Assembly: GCF_009914755.1 (NCBI RefSeq) | Contig: NC_060925.1 | Reading direction: 5' to 3' (one strand) | DNA from: the human T2T-CHM13v2.0 reference genome, Homo sapiens | Length of the DNA stretch: 64,000 nt | In this document: positions 42,986 to 54,890 of the stretch, piece by piece | Numbering within the stretch: the first letter of the stretch is position 1 | Layout: each line of letters opens with the position of its first letter | Translations under genes and position numbers: made by a program | The notes under the pieces: model-generated | Databases searched by the model: none | Seen by the model: only the letters and a program-made list of their open reading frames with translations | Told to the model about the DNA's origin: nothing

Positions 42986-43837
42986 CACTTACCCCACTTT
43001 GTCCTACTCTGTTTTCCTTTTTTGGAATATCATTATGAATTTATGAGGTTTTCCAAATCCCATGTGTTGTAGTCATTATTTTTTATGCTTAAACTCTCCC
43101 ATTTGAATAATGGGTATCTTGTCACATTGGTTCCTGTGCTCTTTTGATAAAACTCCAATGGCCTTTGGTAGCTTCCTAGCTTTTGGGGAACAAGATGTTT
43201 TAGGCAAGCACACCTTGTATATTTCCTACTCAGGCCTGGAATCAGAATATTTTTATCCCCAGAGTTCCCTGGTTCGTTTTCATGATGAATGAAATTTGGA
43301 GACGCCAGTCTGGGTGCCAAGAACACTTTTTGCTTCTGGGCATTTTTAGTGAGCACCACCAGCACCTGCATTTATTCAAAACACAAAGATATCATGAGAT
43401 AGTACTGACATTCCCCGTTCAAACTTACCTTTATATGGATTTTATTTCTTTGGTTTTATAATGGTATCTCTCTTTTTACACTAAAAATCTGACACCTTAG
43501 CAATATACACATAATTAATGAACTTGCTTATTTTTTATATAAGACTTTTAAAATGTAATAAGACTTTCAAACAAAATTTAAGATTGCTTTGCATCACTAC
43601 TTGTGCTTTGAATGTGTTGATAAAGGATAGTCAGTGAAATAATTCTATTTGCTATGTAATGACCTCACTTTGTTTTCAATTATCATTTATCTTGGGATTT
43701 TTAAATTTTACTTTTTTATTTATAAACTTAATTTTATAATTTACATGATGCCAAAGTAAAAACTGTAAAACGAGATAAATTCAGAAAAGTGTTGCTTTCA
43801 TCCTGTTTCTTGCTCTGTCTTCCTTCTAGTCCTTTAG

Positions 43838-44263
<426 letters not shown>

Positions 44264-44368
44264 TGAACAGATATCCCTCTCATGCTTTTTAATTGAGGAA
44301 AACTTTGAATTCAGTAGTTTGCACAGATCTTAAGTGTAAAATTCAATAACTTCTGACAAATATACGTA

Positions 44369-44805
44369 CAGAGTTGACTCTTGAATTATGTAGGGGTTAA
44401 AGGCACACAGCCCCTGCACAGTCAAAAATCTGCACATAAATTTTGACTCCCCAAAAACTTAACTACTAATACCCTATTGTCAACCAAAAGCACAGTGGTT
44501 TGACACACATGTAGTATGTTCTATGTATTATATACTGTATTCTTACAATAAAGTAAGCTAGAGAAAAGAAAATGTTATCAAGAACTCATGGGAAAGAGAA
44601 CATATATTGACCATTCATTAAGTGGAAGTGGATCATCATAAAGGTGTTCCTCATGATCATCTTCACATTGATTATGCTGAGGAGGAGGGAGAGGAGGGGT
44701 TGATCCTGCTGTCTCAGGGGTAGCAGAGGTGAAGGAAAATCCATGTATAAGTGGACTCATGTAGTTCAAACCCCTCAAACCCATGTTGTTTGAGGGTCAA
44801 CCATG
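44369..44805. mobile_element. Tigger2a/MER28-like non-autonomous DNA transposon
   Basis: TIR-like ends 'agttgactcttgaa' and 'tttgagggtcaacc', an internal 'tttgactccccaaaaacttaactactaat', and TA flanks. Confidence 0.75.
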
Positions 44806-44853
44806 TATATATATTTTATTGGGATATATATATATATCTCCCAGTGAATATGG

Positions 44854-44888
<35 letters not shown>

Positions 44889-45893
44889 AATGAAACTAAC
44901 ACTTCAATCAAGACATACATTTATTACAAGATATCAATCAAGATGAACATTTAGATCATCTCAGAGTATTCTCTTCTGCCTCTAAGTCAGTCTCTGCAGG
45001 CAACCACAGGTATGAATTCTATCACTACAAATTATTTTTGTCAACTTTGGGACTTTATATAAAATTAAAAATCAGGGTGAGCTCTTGATCAGCATAATGT
45101 TTTTGAGGTTCAAAACATGTTGTTTCATGTATCACTAATTTATTCTTTTTTATTGCTGAAAGGATTTCCAATATATGGATATACCACAATTTACTCATTT
45201 ATCTATTAATGAATACTTAACCTACTTCCAATTTGGGGCTGTTATTAATGGAACTGAAATTGACATTCTTGTGCATATCTTTTGTGGACATATGTTTTCT
45301 TTCCTCTTTGGTAAATGCCAAGGAGTGGAATTGCTGGGTCATATAGTAAGTTTATATTTAACTTTATGATAAGCTACCAAAACGTTTTCCAAAGTGTCTG
45401 TAACATTTTGCATTCCTACCAGTAATGGATGAGAATTCCAGTGGCTCTACCTCCCTGCTAACACTTGGTATTGTCAATATTTTTTTCTTTTTACTCATTC
45501 TAAAAGATATATAGTGGTATCTCACTATAGCTTTAAATTGCAGCTCCATAGTTATTAGTGATGTTTCTCCACATGTATTTTTTAATAAAATGTCTGCCCA
45601 AATATATTGCCCATTTTTAACTGAGTTGTTTACTTTTTACTGAGTTTGAGAACTCTTTAGGTATTGTGAACGCAAGCCATTTGTCAGATATGTGATTCAC
45701 AAATGTTATCTCCCAGTCTGTGGCCTGTCTTTCCATTCTTGTGAAAGAGCCTTTCACAGAGCAGAAATTTTTAATTTTGATAAAGCCCAAATTATCCATA
45801 TCTTTTCTCATGCAGATCATGCTTTTAGTGTCATATTTGAGTAATATTTTCTTAACCAAGGTTACAAAATTTTTTCCTGTATTTTCTTCTCAA

Positions 45894-46103
45894 ACTGCAT
45901 TGTCTAAGATGTTAGCCACTAACTACATGTGACTATTTAAATTTAGATTAATGAAACTTAAATGAAATATAAAACTCATTTCTTCAATCACACTAGCCAC
46001 ATTTCAAGTGCTCAGCAGCCAGATGTGCCCAGTGTCTCCCATACTGGAAAGCACAGATCGAACATGCCTGTCGTTACAGATGGGTATGTTCTGTGGAAGA
46101 GCA
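45894..46103 (-). mobile_element. MER3 (hAT-Charlie)
   Basis: 'tagccactaactacatgtg...ctagccacatttcaagtgctca'. Confidence 0.75.
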
Positions 46104-46973
46104 TTTTTGTAGAAGTTTTACAATTTTAGGCTTTACATTTAGAAATCATAAGGAGTAAGTATGGGTTGAGGTTATATATTTATTTATTTATTGGTTTGTT
46201 TGCTTAAGTATATCAATGTTCAATTGTTCCAGCATCATTTTTAAAAAGAATCTGCTTTTTCCGTTCAGTTGCTTTTGTACCTTTGTTAAGACCAATTGAC
46301 CATATATTTCTTGGGCTTATTTCTAGACTCTGTATTCTACTGTATTCTTTTACCAACACCGTGCTATACTAACCATGGTAGATTTATAGCAAATCTTGAA
46401 ATCAAGTCATGTGAATCTAAGTTGGGAAATGTTTTCTCTGCTTTTATTTTCTGGAAAAGTTTGTACAGAACTACTGTTACTTGCGTGTTAAAATATATTG
46501 TAGAATTTACCAGTCAAGCCCACGATGGCCGGAGTTTTATAGAAAGGTTTTTAACTACAAATTCAACATCTTTAAAAGGCATAAGACTATTCAGGCTATC
46601 TATTTCCTCCTGAGTGAACTTGGGCAGTTTGTGTCTCTCAAGGAATTGATCCATTTTCCTCTAAATTGTCAAATGTATAAACACAAAGTGGTTTGTAATA
46701 TGCCCTTATTATCTTTTGATGATTGTAGTATCTGTATCAATGTCCTCTTTTACATTCAAGATAATAGCTGTTTGGGTCTCTTTTGTTCTTGCTCAGTCTG
46801 ACTTGAATTTTATCAATTTTATTGATCTTTTTAATAAAAAGCTTTTGGTTTTACTGCTTCTCGCCATTATTTTTCTATTTTCAATTTCATTGTTTTGAGC
46901 TCTTTATTCTTTCCTTCCACCTGCGTGTTTTCCTTTTAATTTGCTCTCTTTTTCTATTTTCTTATGGAAAATA

Positions 46974-47181
46974 GAAAATAAGGATACAACATATTAGAAT
47001 CTGTGTGATGCAGCCAAGTAGAACTTAGAGGGAAATTTCAAGCATTAAGTGTTTACATTAGAAAAAAGAAAGGCTGCACATCAACTTTTTTTCTAATATA
47101 GACATTAAAATGCTTGAAACTTCCCTCTAAGTTCTACTTGGCCACATCACACAAATTTTGATATGTTGTTTTCGTATTTTC
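46974..47181. repeat. Imperfect inverted repeat (~95-bp arms, ~16-bp spacer)
   Basis: 'gccaagtagaacttagagggaa' in the left arm is the reverse complement of 'ttccctctaagttctacttggc' in the right arm. Confidence 0.92.
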
Positions 47182-48211
47182 ACTCAATTCAAAATATTTT
47201 TTAAGTTTCCTTTTGGCTTCCTCTTTGCCCCAAGGGTTATTTAGAAGTGCAACGTTTAATTTTCAAGATTTTCTAGCTATCTCTCTGTTATCAATTTCTA
47301 GTTTAAATCTTATATAATCAGAGAACATACTTTTCATGATTTCAATTCTTTAAAATTTTTGAAATATTTTAATGTTTTCCATGTGTCCCAGAATTTGGAT
47401 TATTTTCATGAATCCTCCTTCTGAATGTTCCATGTGAATTCTGGTTTTTAGTAGAATGTTCTATAAATGTCAATTAGGTCATATTCATTTAAAGTGTTGC
47501 TCAGGTATTCTGTATTCTTACTGATTTTCTATTTGTTCTATTGATTACTGACAGAGGAGTGTTGAAGTCTCCAAGTAGAATTGTGAGTTTGTCTGTTTCT
47601 CCTTCAATTCCCGTTTTTGCTTCACATATTTTGAGGCTCTACTGTCATGTGAACAGTGACATGGGATTGTTAGGTCTTCTTGGCTAAGTGACCACTTAAA
47701 ATTACTCACTGTCTCTCTTTTTTTTCTGGAAGTGTTACTTGCTTTGAAGTTTACTTTGTCAGATTAGTATAGCCACTTCAGCTTTCTTTTTCTTGGTTTT
47801 TGCATGAAATATGGTTTTCTATCCTTTACTTTTTACACACACACACACACACACACACATATTTAAGCAGATTTTTCATACATAGTATATACATATATTT
47901 TTATCCAATCTGACAATCTGTGCTGATTTGGTATATTTAGACCATTTACATTTAAAGTGATTACCCATATGGTTGAATATAGGTGAACTACATTTTCATT
48001 TATTTTCTATTTGTCCCCTTTATTTCTTGTTCATTTCTTCCCCATCCTTGCCTTCTTTGGTCCTAGTTAAATGCTTTTAGGACTCCATTTTAATTTTTCT
48101 TTTGGATTTTTGGCTGTATCTCTTTGTATTATTCTTTAGAATTTGCTCAAAGGACTACAGTATTCATACCTAACCTATCATCACATACCTAGAGTTAATA
48201 TATGCATGTAA

Positions 48212-48305
48212 GCCAACATGGCACATGTATACATATGTAACAAACCTGCACATTGTGCACATGTATCCTAGAACTTAAAGTATAATAATAATTTAAAATT
48301 TTTTT
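48212..48305 (+). mobile_element. Severely 5'-truncated primate L1PA 3' end
   Basis: 'catggcacatgtatacatatgtaacaaacctgcacattgtgcacatgtatcctagaacttaaagtataat', with an approximate TSD 'atat(g/a)catgtaag'. Confidence 0.85.
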
Positions 48306-48557
48306 TAAATAGATATACATGTAAGAGCTGCTCCTCCTCCTCACCAACATTTGGTATGATCAGTCCTTTACATTTTAACCAGTCTGGTAGATGTATAGTG
48401 GTATTTCATAGCAATTTTAGTTTTCCTTTTTGTGTCTAATGATGTTGAACATCTTCTCATGCATTTGTTATTGGAATAACATCTTTCAGAAAGTGCTGTT
48501 CAAATCTTTTGCCCATTTGTATTGAGTTGTTCATTACTACTGAGTTGTAATAACTCA

Positions 48558-48850
48558 GCCTAGTGCAGTGGCACATGCATGTAATCCCAGCACTTTAGGA
48601 GGCTGAGGCAGGCAGATCACCTGAGGTCAGCAATTTGAGACCAAACTGGCCAACATGGTGAAACCCTGTCTCTACCAAAAATACAAAAATTAGCCAGGCA
48701 TGGTGGTACTTGCCTGTAATCCCAGCTACTCAGGAGGCTGAGGCAGGAGAATTGCTGGAACCCAGGAGGTGGAGGTTGCATTGAGTCAAGATTGCATCAC
48801 TGCACTCCAACCTGAGCAACAGAGCAAGACTCCATCTCAAAAAAAAAAAA
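48558..48850 (+). mobile_element. AluS
   Basis: Full Alu with A tail. Confidence 0.9.
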
Positions 48851-50119
48851 TCATTATATATTCTCGGTGTACAATCTTTAGCAGTCATACTCTCATAATA
48901 TCTTATTATCTATCTAATGTTTGAAACATCTGTAGAGTTGTTCCTATTTCCTTTTTCATTTCTGTTGTTGATAATGAGTTCTCTTTTTTGTTCTTGATGA
49001 GTTTTATTAGGAGTCTGTCAATTGTATTGATCTTCTCAAATAATCTACTTTTGGGGTTCTTGTTTTTCTCTATTGCATGCTTGCTTTCTATGGCATTTAT
49101 TTTTGCATTGGTCATCATTTCTTTCCTTTTATATTTTTGAAGTTGGCTTGGTTTTCTTTTTCTTGCTTCTTGAAATGAAAGCTTAAGATATTTATTTTTA
49201 GCCTTTCTTCTTTTTTATATATAAGGCTATAAATTTCTCTCTAAGCACTACTTTAACATACTAGTATGATATGGTGTACCTTCATTATCGTTTAAAATAT
49301 TTTCTAATTTCCAAGTTTCCCGTGTGATTTCCTTTTTGAACCACAGGTTACTTAGAAGTGTGTGGTGTGTGGCTTAATTAATAATCAGCTGGAGATTTTC
49401 AATTATCTTTTCGTTATTGATTTCTAGCTTAATTGCACTGTGGTCAGAGAACATACTCTGAATTATTTCAATCCTTTGAAAATTGTTAAGGCTGCTCTAC
49501 AGGATACTATATGGTCAATTTTGGCAAATGTCCCATGTTCAATTACTCAGGTGGAAAAAAGGTGCATTCTGTCTTTGTTGGGTGCAGTGTTTTATATGCC
49601 CATTAGGTCAATTTGATCTATTGTATTGTTCAGATCTTCTATATCCTGTATGATTATCCTGTCTGCTTGTTCTATAAACTATTGAGAAACATGTCTTGAC
49701 ATCTCCTAGCAAGATGGTTATGTCTTTGCAACTTTCCTATCTTTATATTTTCTGAACTTTTGTTCTGTATTTTAAGTATAAACTTATAGTGTCATCCTGA
49801 CCAGGAGTCTACTTTTTGATCTGCTTTAGACATTGGAGTAGCTGATGAAATATTGAATTTGCGGGGGAAATCCCACTTCTGATAAGGAAAAAATGTGTGA
49901 AAATTGGCAGAGAGGAATTCAAGAGAGGAAACACTGTTGGGTACACCCTGATGGACACTCTGCAGCCTAATAATCAGGAAGAATAGTGTAAAGCCCTCCA
50001 TGCCTTTAACTAGCTCTCCCCTCTAACATGCCAGCCCTTGAGAAACATTCCATTGACACACCCAAGACTTTGAGCTAGAAGCCTTTCCCAAGCTGCTGAA
50101 CTGGGAATTAAGATACAAA

Positions 50120-50720
50120 TGAGTCACACACTAAGCTGACTTTCTGTTAGTTGAAATCAAGATAGAAACCTAAGCCGTCTGGAAAGACACATGGAGTTCC
50201 AAGGGCCAGAGCAGGGAAGAAAAAGCTGCCAAAGGCAAAGGAGCATGACAGCGTTACATTTCCCATGAGCTTTGGAAGAACGGGGACATGCAGGGTGGAG
50301 GATCAGTGGTTCTCCTGTACTTGCAATGCTCTCCCTAGGGTTCGCCCAGACTCCTGTATGTGGTCTTTGGGTCTTCATGCAGATAGACACTCCCTCTTAA
50401 AGAGATGGACTTCTCTGTGTAAAAGCAGCCCTGACTCACGGTCATTATGGGTAAGTGACACCATGGCTCAGTGACTCACATGAGGAAACAAGTTACATGC
50501 TTTTGTATATAGCTGTCCCCAAGGGGCAGGGTGATGGCCAAGGATGTCTCCTCTTCAGTGTGACTGTGAGTCAGATTCTCAAAGGTGTCCTGGGCACAAA
50601 CCACATGTCCGCACCACAGGAGCTGCAGGAAAAGGGCTCCATGGCCCCTGCCCTGGAAGAACTTGCAGGCCAAGTGAAAATGTGACTGAAAACCACCTGA
50701 GAACACAGCAAGGTGACTCA
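50120..50720. promoter_or_regulatory. Candidate AP-1-driven enhancer (5 perfect TGASTCA sites)
   Basis: Sites start at 50120, 50432, 50472, 50567 and 50714. Function is inferred only. Confidence 0.5.
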
Positions 50721-50779
50721 TGGAGACTCAAGAATCAAACTCTTGGTGACCCATGGAGACTCAAGAACCAAACTCCTGG
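50712..50779. repeat. 33-bp tandem duplication
   Basis: ggtgac(t/c)catggagactcaagaa(t/c)caaactc(t/c)t, twice. Confidence 0.9.
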
Positions 50780-51072
50780 TTGCTATAGAAGTTCAGGGAA
50801 GTAAGGGCTCAGGGAGTACTAAAATCACCCAGAAAGACTTTAAGAAAGCAGTGGGGCTTGACTAGACCCCAGGGCAGTGGTCAGGACACAGGAAGTATAA
50901 GAAGGGACCATTCAGCAGCAGGAACAGTGTGATTAGGGCACCAAGGGAGATGAAAGAGGCTGTGGGCCCTAGTCAAAGCAGCAGCCAGGGCAGGCTTAAG
51001 CCAGCCCTGGGGATGCCAGGCAGAAATCCACAAAGAAAACATTCCTATGCTTGGATGTTCAAGTATCATTCT

Positions 51073-52270
51073 TAAACAGCTTTATTGAGATATAATTTAT
51101 ACACCATGTAATTCACCCATTTAAATTGTACAATTCAATGTTTTTAGTGAATATACTAATATGTATTAGTATATATGACCAGTACCACCATTAATTTTAC
51201 ACTTTCATCCCCCCAAAAAGAAACTTCATATGCATTAGCAATCCCTCTCCTTTTCCCACCAATATCCCTAGCTCTAGGCAACCACTAATCTACTTTCTGT
51301 CTCTATAGATTTGCATATCCTGGGCATTTCATAAAAATGACATCTGTTATGGGTGGAATGCATTCCCCCCCTCATCAAATACATATGTAAAGGTCCTAAT
51401 CCCCAGTATCTTAGAATGTGGCACTATTTGGAACTAGGATCATTGCAGATGTAATTAGTTAAAATGAGGTCAGCCTGGAGTAAGATCATCCCCTAATCCT
51501 ATATGACTGATGTCTTTATAAAAAGAGGACATTTGAACATACAGACAGATGCATGCAGAGGGAAAATGATGTGAAGGCACAGGGAGAAGGCAGACACCTA
51601 TGAGCCAAGGAATACCAATGGTTGCTAGCAAACCATCCTAGCCCAGGGAAGAAGCTGGGAGCAGATTCTTTCTCACAGCCCTCAGAAGGAAGCAACACTG
51701 GACAACACCTTGATTTTGGACTTCTGGCCTCCTGGGCTATGAGAGGACAAAGTTCTGATGTTGAAGCCACCTGGCTTGTGGCACTTAGTTACAGAAGTCC
51801 TAGCAAATTAACACAGAATCATACACTTGGTGGTCTTTTGTGACTCCCCCTTCACAGAGGGCCATGCCTGATGCAGTGTATGTTGGTACTTCTTTCCTTT
51901 TGATGGCTGAATAATATTCCATTGCAGGGACAGACCATATTTTGCTCATTCATTTACCAGCTGTTGGGCATTTGGGCTGTTTCCACTTCAAGGTTATTAT
52001 GACTAATGCTGATATGAACATTTGTGTGCAAGTTTTTGTATGGACATGTGTTTTTATTTCTTACAGGTACATATCCAGAGGTGGAATCTCTGGGTCACAA
52101 GATGATGCTATGTTTAACATGTTGAGGAACTGCCAGGCTGTTTTCTGCAGCAGATGCACCATCTTCCATTCCCACCAGCAGCCTATGAGGATTGCAATTG
52201 CTCCATATCCTCACCAACACTTGTTATTGTCTTTTTTTATTGTAGCCATCTTTATGGGTAGGAAATAGTA
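51073..52270 (-). mobile_element. L1MB-like 3' end interrupted by an MLT1B/C LTR (51346-51815, +)
   Basis: L1 text 'aacagctttattgagatataatt' and 'ggcaaccactaatctactttctgtctctatag'. The LTR runs 'tgttatggg...aaattaacaca'. Confidence 0.8.
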
Positions 52271-52982
52271 TTCAAGAATCTGTTTTTAGTCTTTTTGTAG
52301 CCAGGCGACACATAAACAGCCATGATTTTTGAGATAAACCATGCTATTTGCAAGCATAAAAGGAATGTCCCTTCTTATCAATGCTACTTTTTTCAAACTC
52401 TAAGATCCTCTCCATCCTATCTGAAGACCAACCAAGGTGACACAGCATCTTTGTCACCTTGCCTGGGAGTTCCCAGGCCTGCCCCCCAGCAATTAATTAG
52501 GGGTGTGGTGGGACAGCACAGACCTCACCAGCTGAGCCTCACATCCTTTCTCCTGTACAGTTACTATGGAGACTGTCGTGGCCACAGGCTCCCTTTTGCC
52601 TTCTCAATGTTAATAAACAGCCTCATTATTTCGCAGAAATCACTTCGGAAAATCAGCAGCTCCACAGTTTCATGCGGTCCAAATTAATGAGGAAAGAGTA
52701 TGGGGATTTTTTTATTGCCTATGAAAGGAAGAAGAGTTATGGCTCATTTGTGCACTTTTGCTGTATTTATGTTTTATGCATTAGAAAGCGATTTCCACCT
52801 CCATTACACATCACTAATGTCCTCGTTACATTAAAGGTACAGACCAGGAATCCTTTTTGCCCATCAAACCACCAAATAAATTGTGGCAAAAGATGTGAGG
52901 ATGGAGAATGCCTAAAAATCAGCTGGGCTGGGCTAACTGCAAAGGGGGAGACAGACCTGTTTCTCGGTCAAATGTCATTGAG

Positions 52983-53293
<311 letters not shown>

Positions 53294-54258
53294 TCATTGA
53301 AAAGAGAAAGGTCTAGCAGCTTCTTTGTAAACAGGGAATCATCCAGGGGCATGGAAGCCTCACAGACTGAACTTTAAATCTGAGCAAGGTCACAAAATAG
53401 CTGTGAAACACTGGCCCCAACTTACTTACCAGTGAGTTGAGACCAATACTAGAAGGTAAAAGGTAGCATGCACTAAATATTAGTGAGCCTCTCTCTCTGC
53501 CAGGGAATATAGCAGGATGAAGGTGAGAGAAAAGACCCCCGTTTTAGGGAGCTTACAATCAGCTGCCACATCAGAGGGTCACTGTGGGGACTGAGTGACG
53601 TGACAGGCTTCAAGCTTCTGCCACCCAGAAGGTGCTGAGCAAATGGTCAGTAGTTCCCTTCGGCAACCAAAACACCGCAGCCCCAGAGGGTAGAGACAGG
53701 GAGCTGGGGGCAGGACCTGACTAGCTATTACCTCTCTCTGCAAAAGGTGGGGAAGGAAGAAAGGATCAGAAGAACAGGAGAGGGTAGCCCAGTGACAGAC
53801 CACACATGAAAGATACAATGGCTGCAGGCCAGGGACCCAGACCACCCGGGTCCAAGTCACAGCTCCACCACTCCAAGCAGGTTCCTAACCTCGCTCCTTC
53901 TCAGTTTCAATATCAACTCAGTGAGAAAATCAATGCACAGAGCTTGCACATGATGACTGCATGGACATCTAAAAAGGGCTAAGGAGCAGTGTTAGCAGGG
54001 GTCCACAGGTGGCTTTCAAGACAAAAGAAACGAAAGCTGAGTGTCAATCATATCTGCAGCAGTTGAGAGATTGCCACGAAAAGCTGGTGCTTCCACTGAA
54101 GGCCGGGACAACAGGTGCCACCGTAGCTCTGACAGCTCCGGGAGTTGAAGATGCCTTGTGTGAGAGAGGGCATCTTATGCTCTGTCCTCAGCTCTCATGT
54201 TCCTAATCCTGGGATCCTGACATTTGCAGGACACAGTGCTTTCCAGACCTGCTAGCCT

Positions 54259-54441
54259 GGAAACATCGTGTGATTAAGGCACCAAGAGAGCTGAAAGGGG
54301 CGATAGACCCTGGCCAAAGCGGCGGCCAGGACAGGCTTGAGCCAGCCCTGGGGCTGCCGAGCAGAAATCCACAAAGAAAACATTTCTGTGCTTGGATGTT
54401 CAAGAGTCATTCTTGAACAGCTTTATTGAGATATAATTTAT
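54259..54441 (+). repeat. Direct copy of 50921-51100
   Basis: Hand alignment gives about 23 differences over ~180 bp (~87% identity). Confidence 0.93.
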
Positions 54442-54609
54442 CTCAATGTAGATACAGTGAAAGAAAAATGAGCAATCAGTATGTATATACAGTGAGAGAA
54501 AATGAAGGAACTAAGTTTCCAAAGTGGAGCAGGGAGATTGCAGGAGGATTGCTCCCACACCTGCTAAAGGTCGAGCCACAGAATGTTCCCATAGACTTGA
54601 ACAACAGCT

Positions 54610-54890
54610 GAAGTCAGTGTCCACCAGCCTTCAGCATCTCCCATCCGGGAGTACCCTCACGAGCTGACCAATCAGAACGGGTTTGTCATTTAGGATTTCT
54701 GCCTGACCAATGACGGCCTCCGAAAACAACTTTTTGCAGATATCTCCAATGAGAAAAACTCTCCGGCACTGGCTGTTAGGACCCTCTTCGGAGCTGCCCT
54801 GATCCAGTGTACCCGAATTGCAATTATTTGTTTTCCGGATAAAAACCATTTCCTTTAACCTCCATGCGAACCTCATCTTAGGTAACAATA
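54610..54890 (+). mobile_element. Possible old ERVL-type LTR fragment
   Basis: Two TGACCAAT boxes, then 'cccgaattgcaatt...ataaaa', ending near 'ggtaaca'. Family uncertain. Confidence 0.35.

Larger units (their letters stand above)
44950..49800 (-). mobile_element. Mosaic of old antisense L1M fragments with nested insertions
   Basis: Antisense L1 motifs such as 'ggagtggaattgctgggtcatatag', 'gtggtcagagaacatact' and 'ggagtgttgaagtctcc'. Confidence 0.8.

Noticed and set aside
41684-43072. 462-aa and 446-aa ORFs, the longest in the window
   Set aside because: Ser/Leu-dominated translations of the CT tract. Stops are absent because of base composition.
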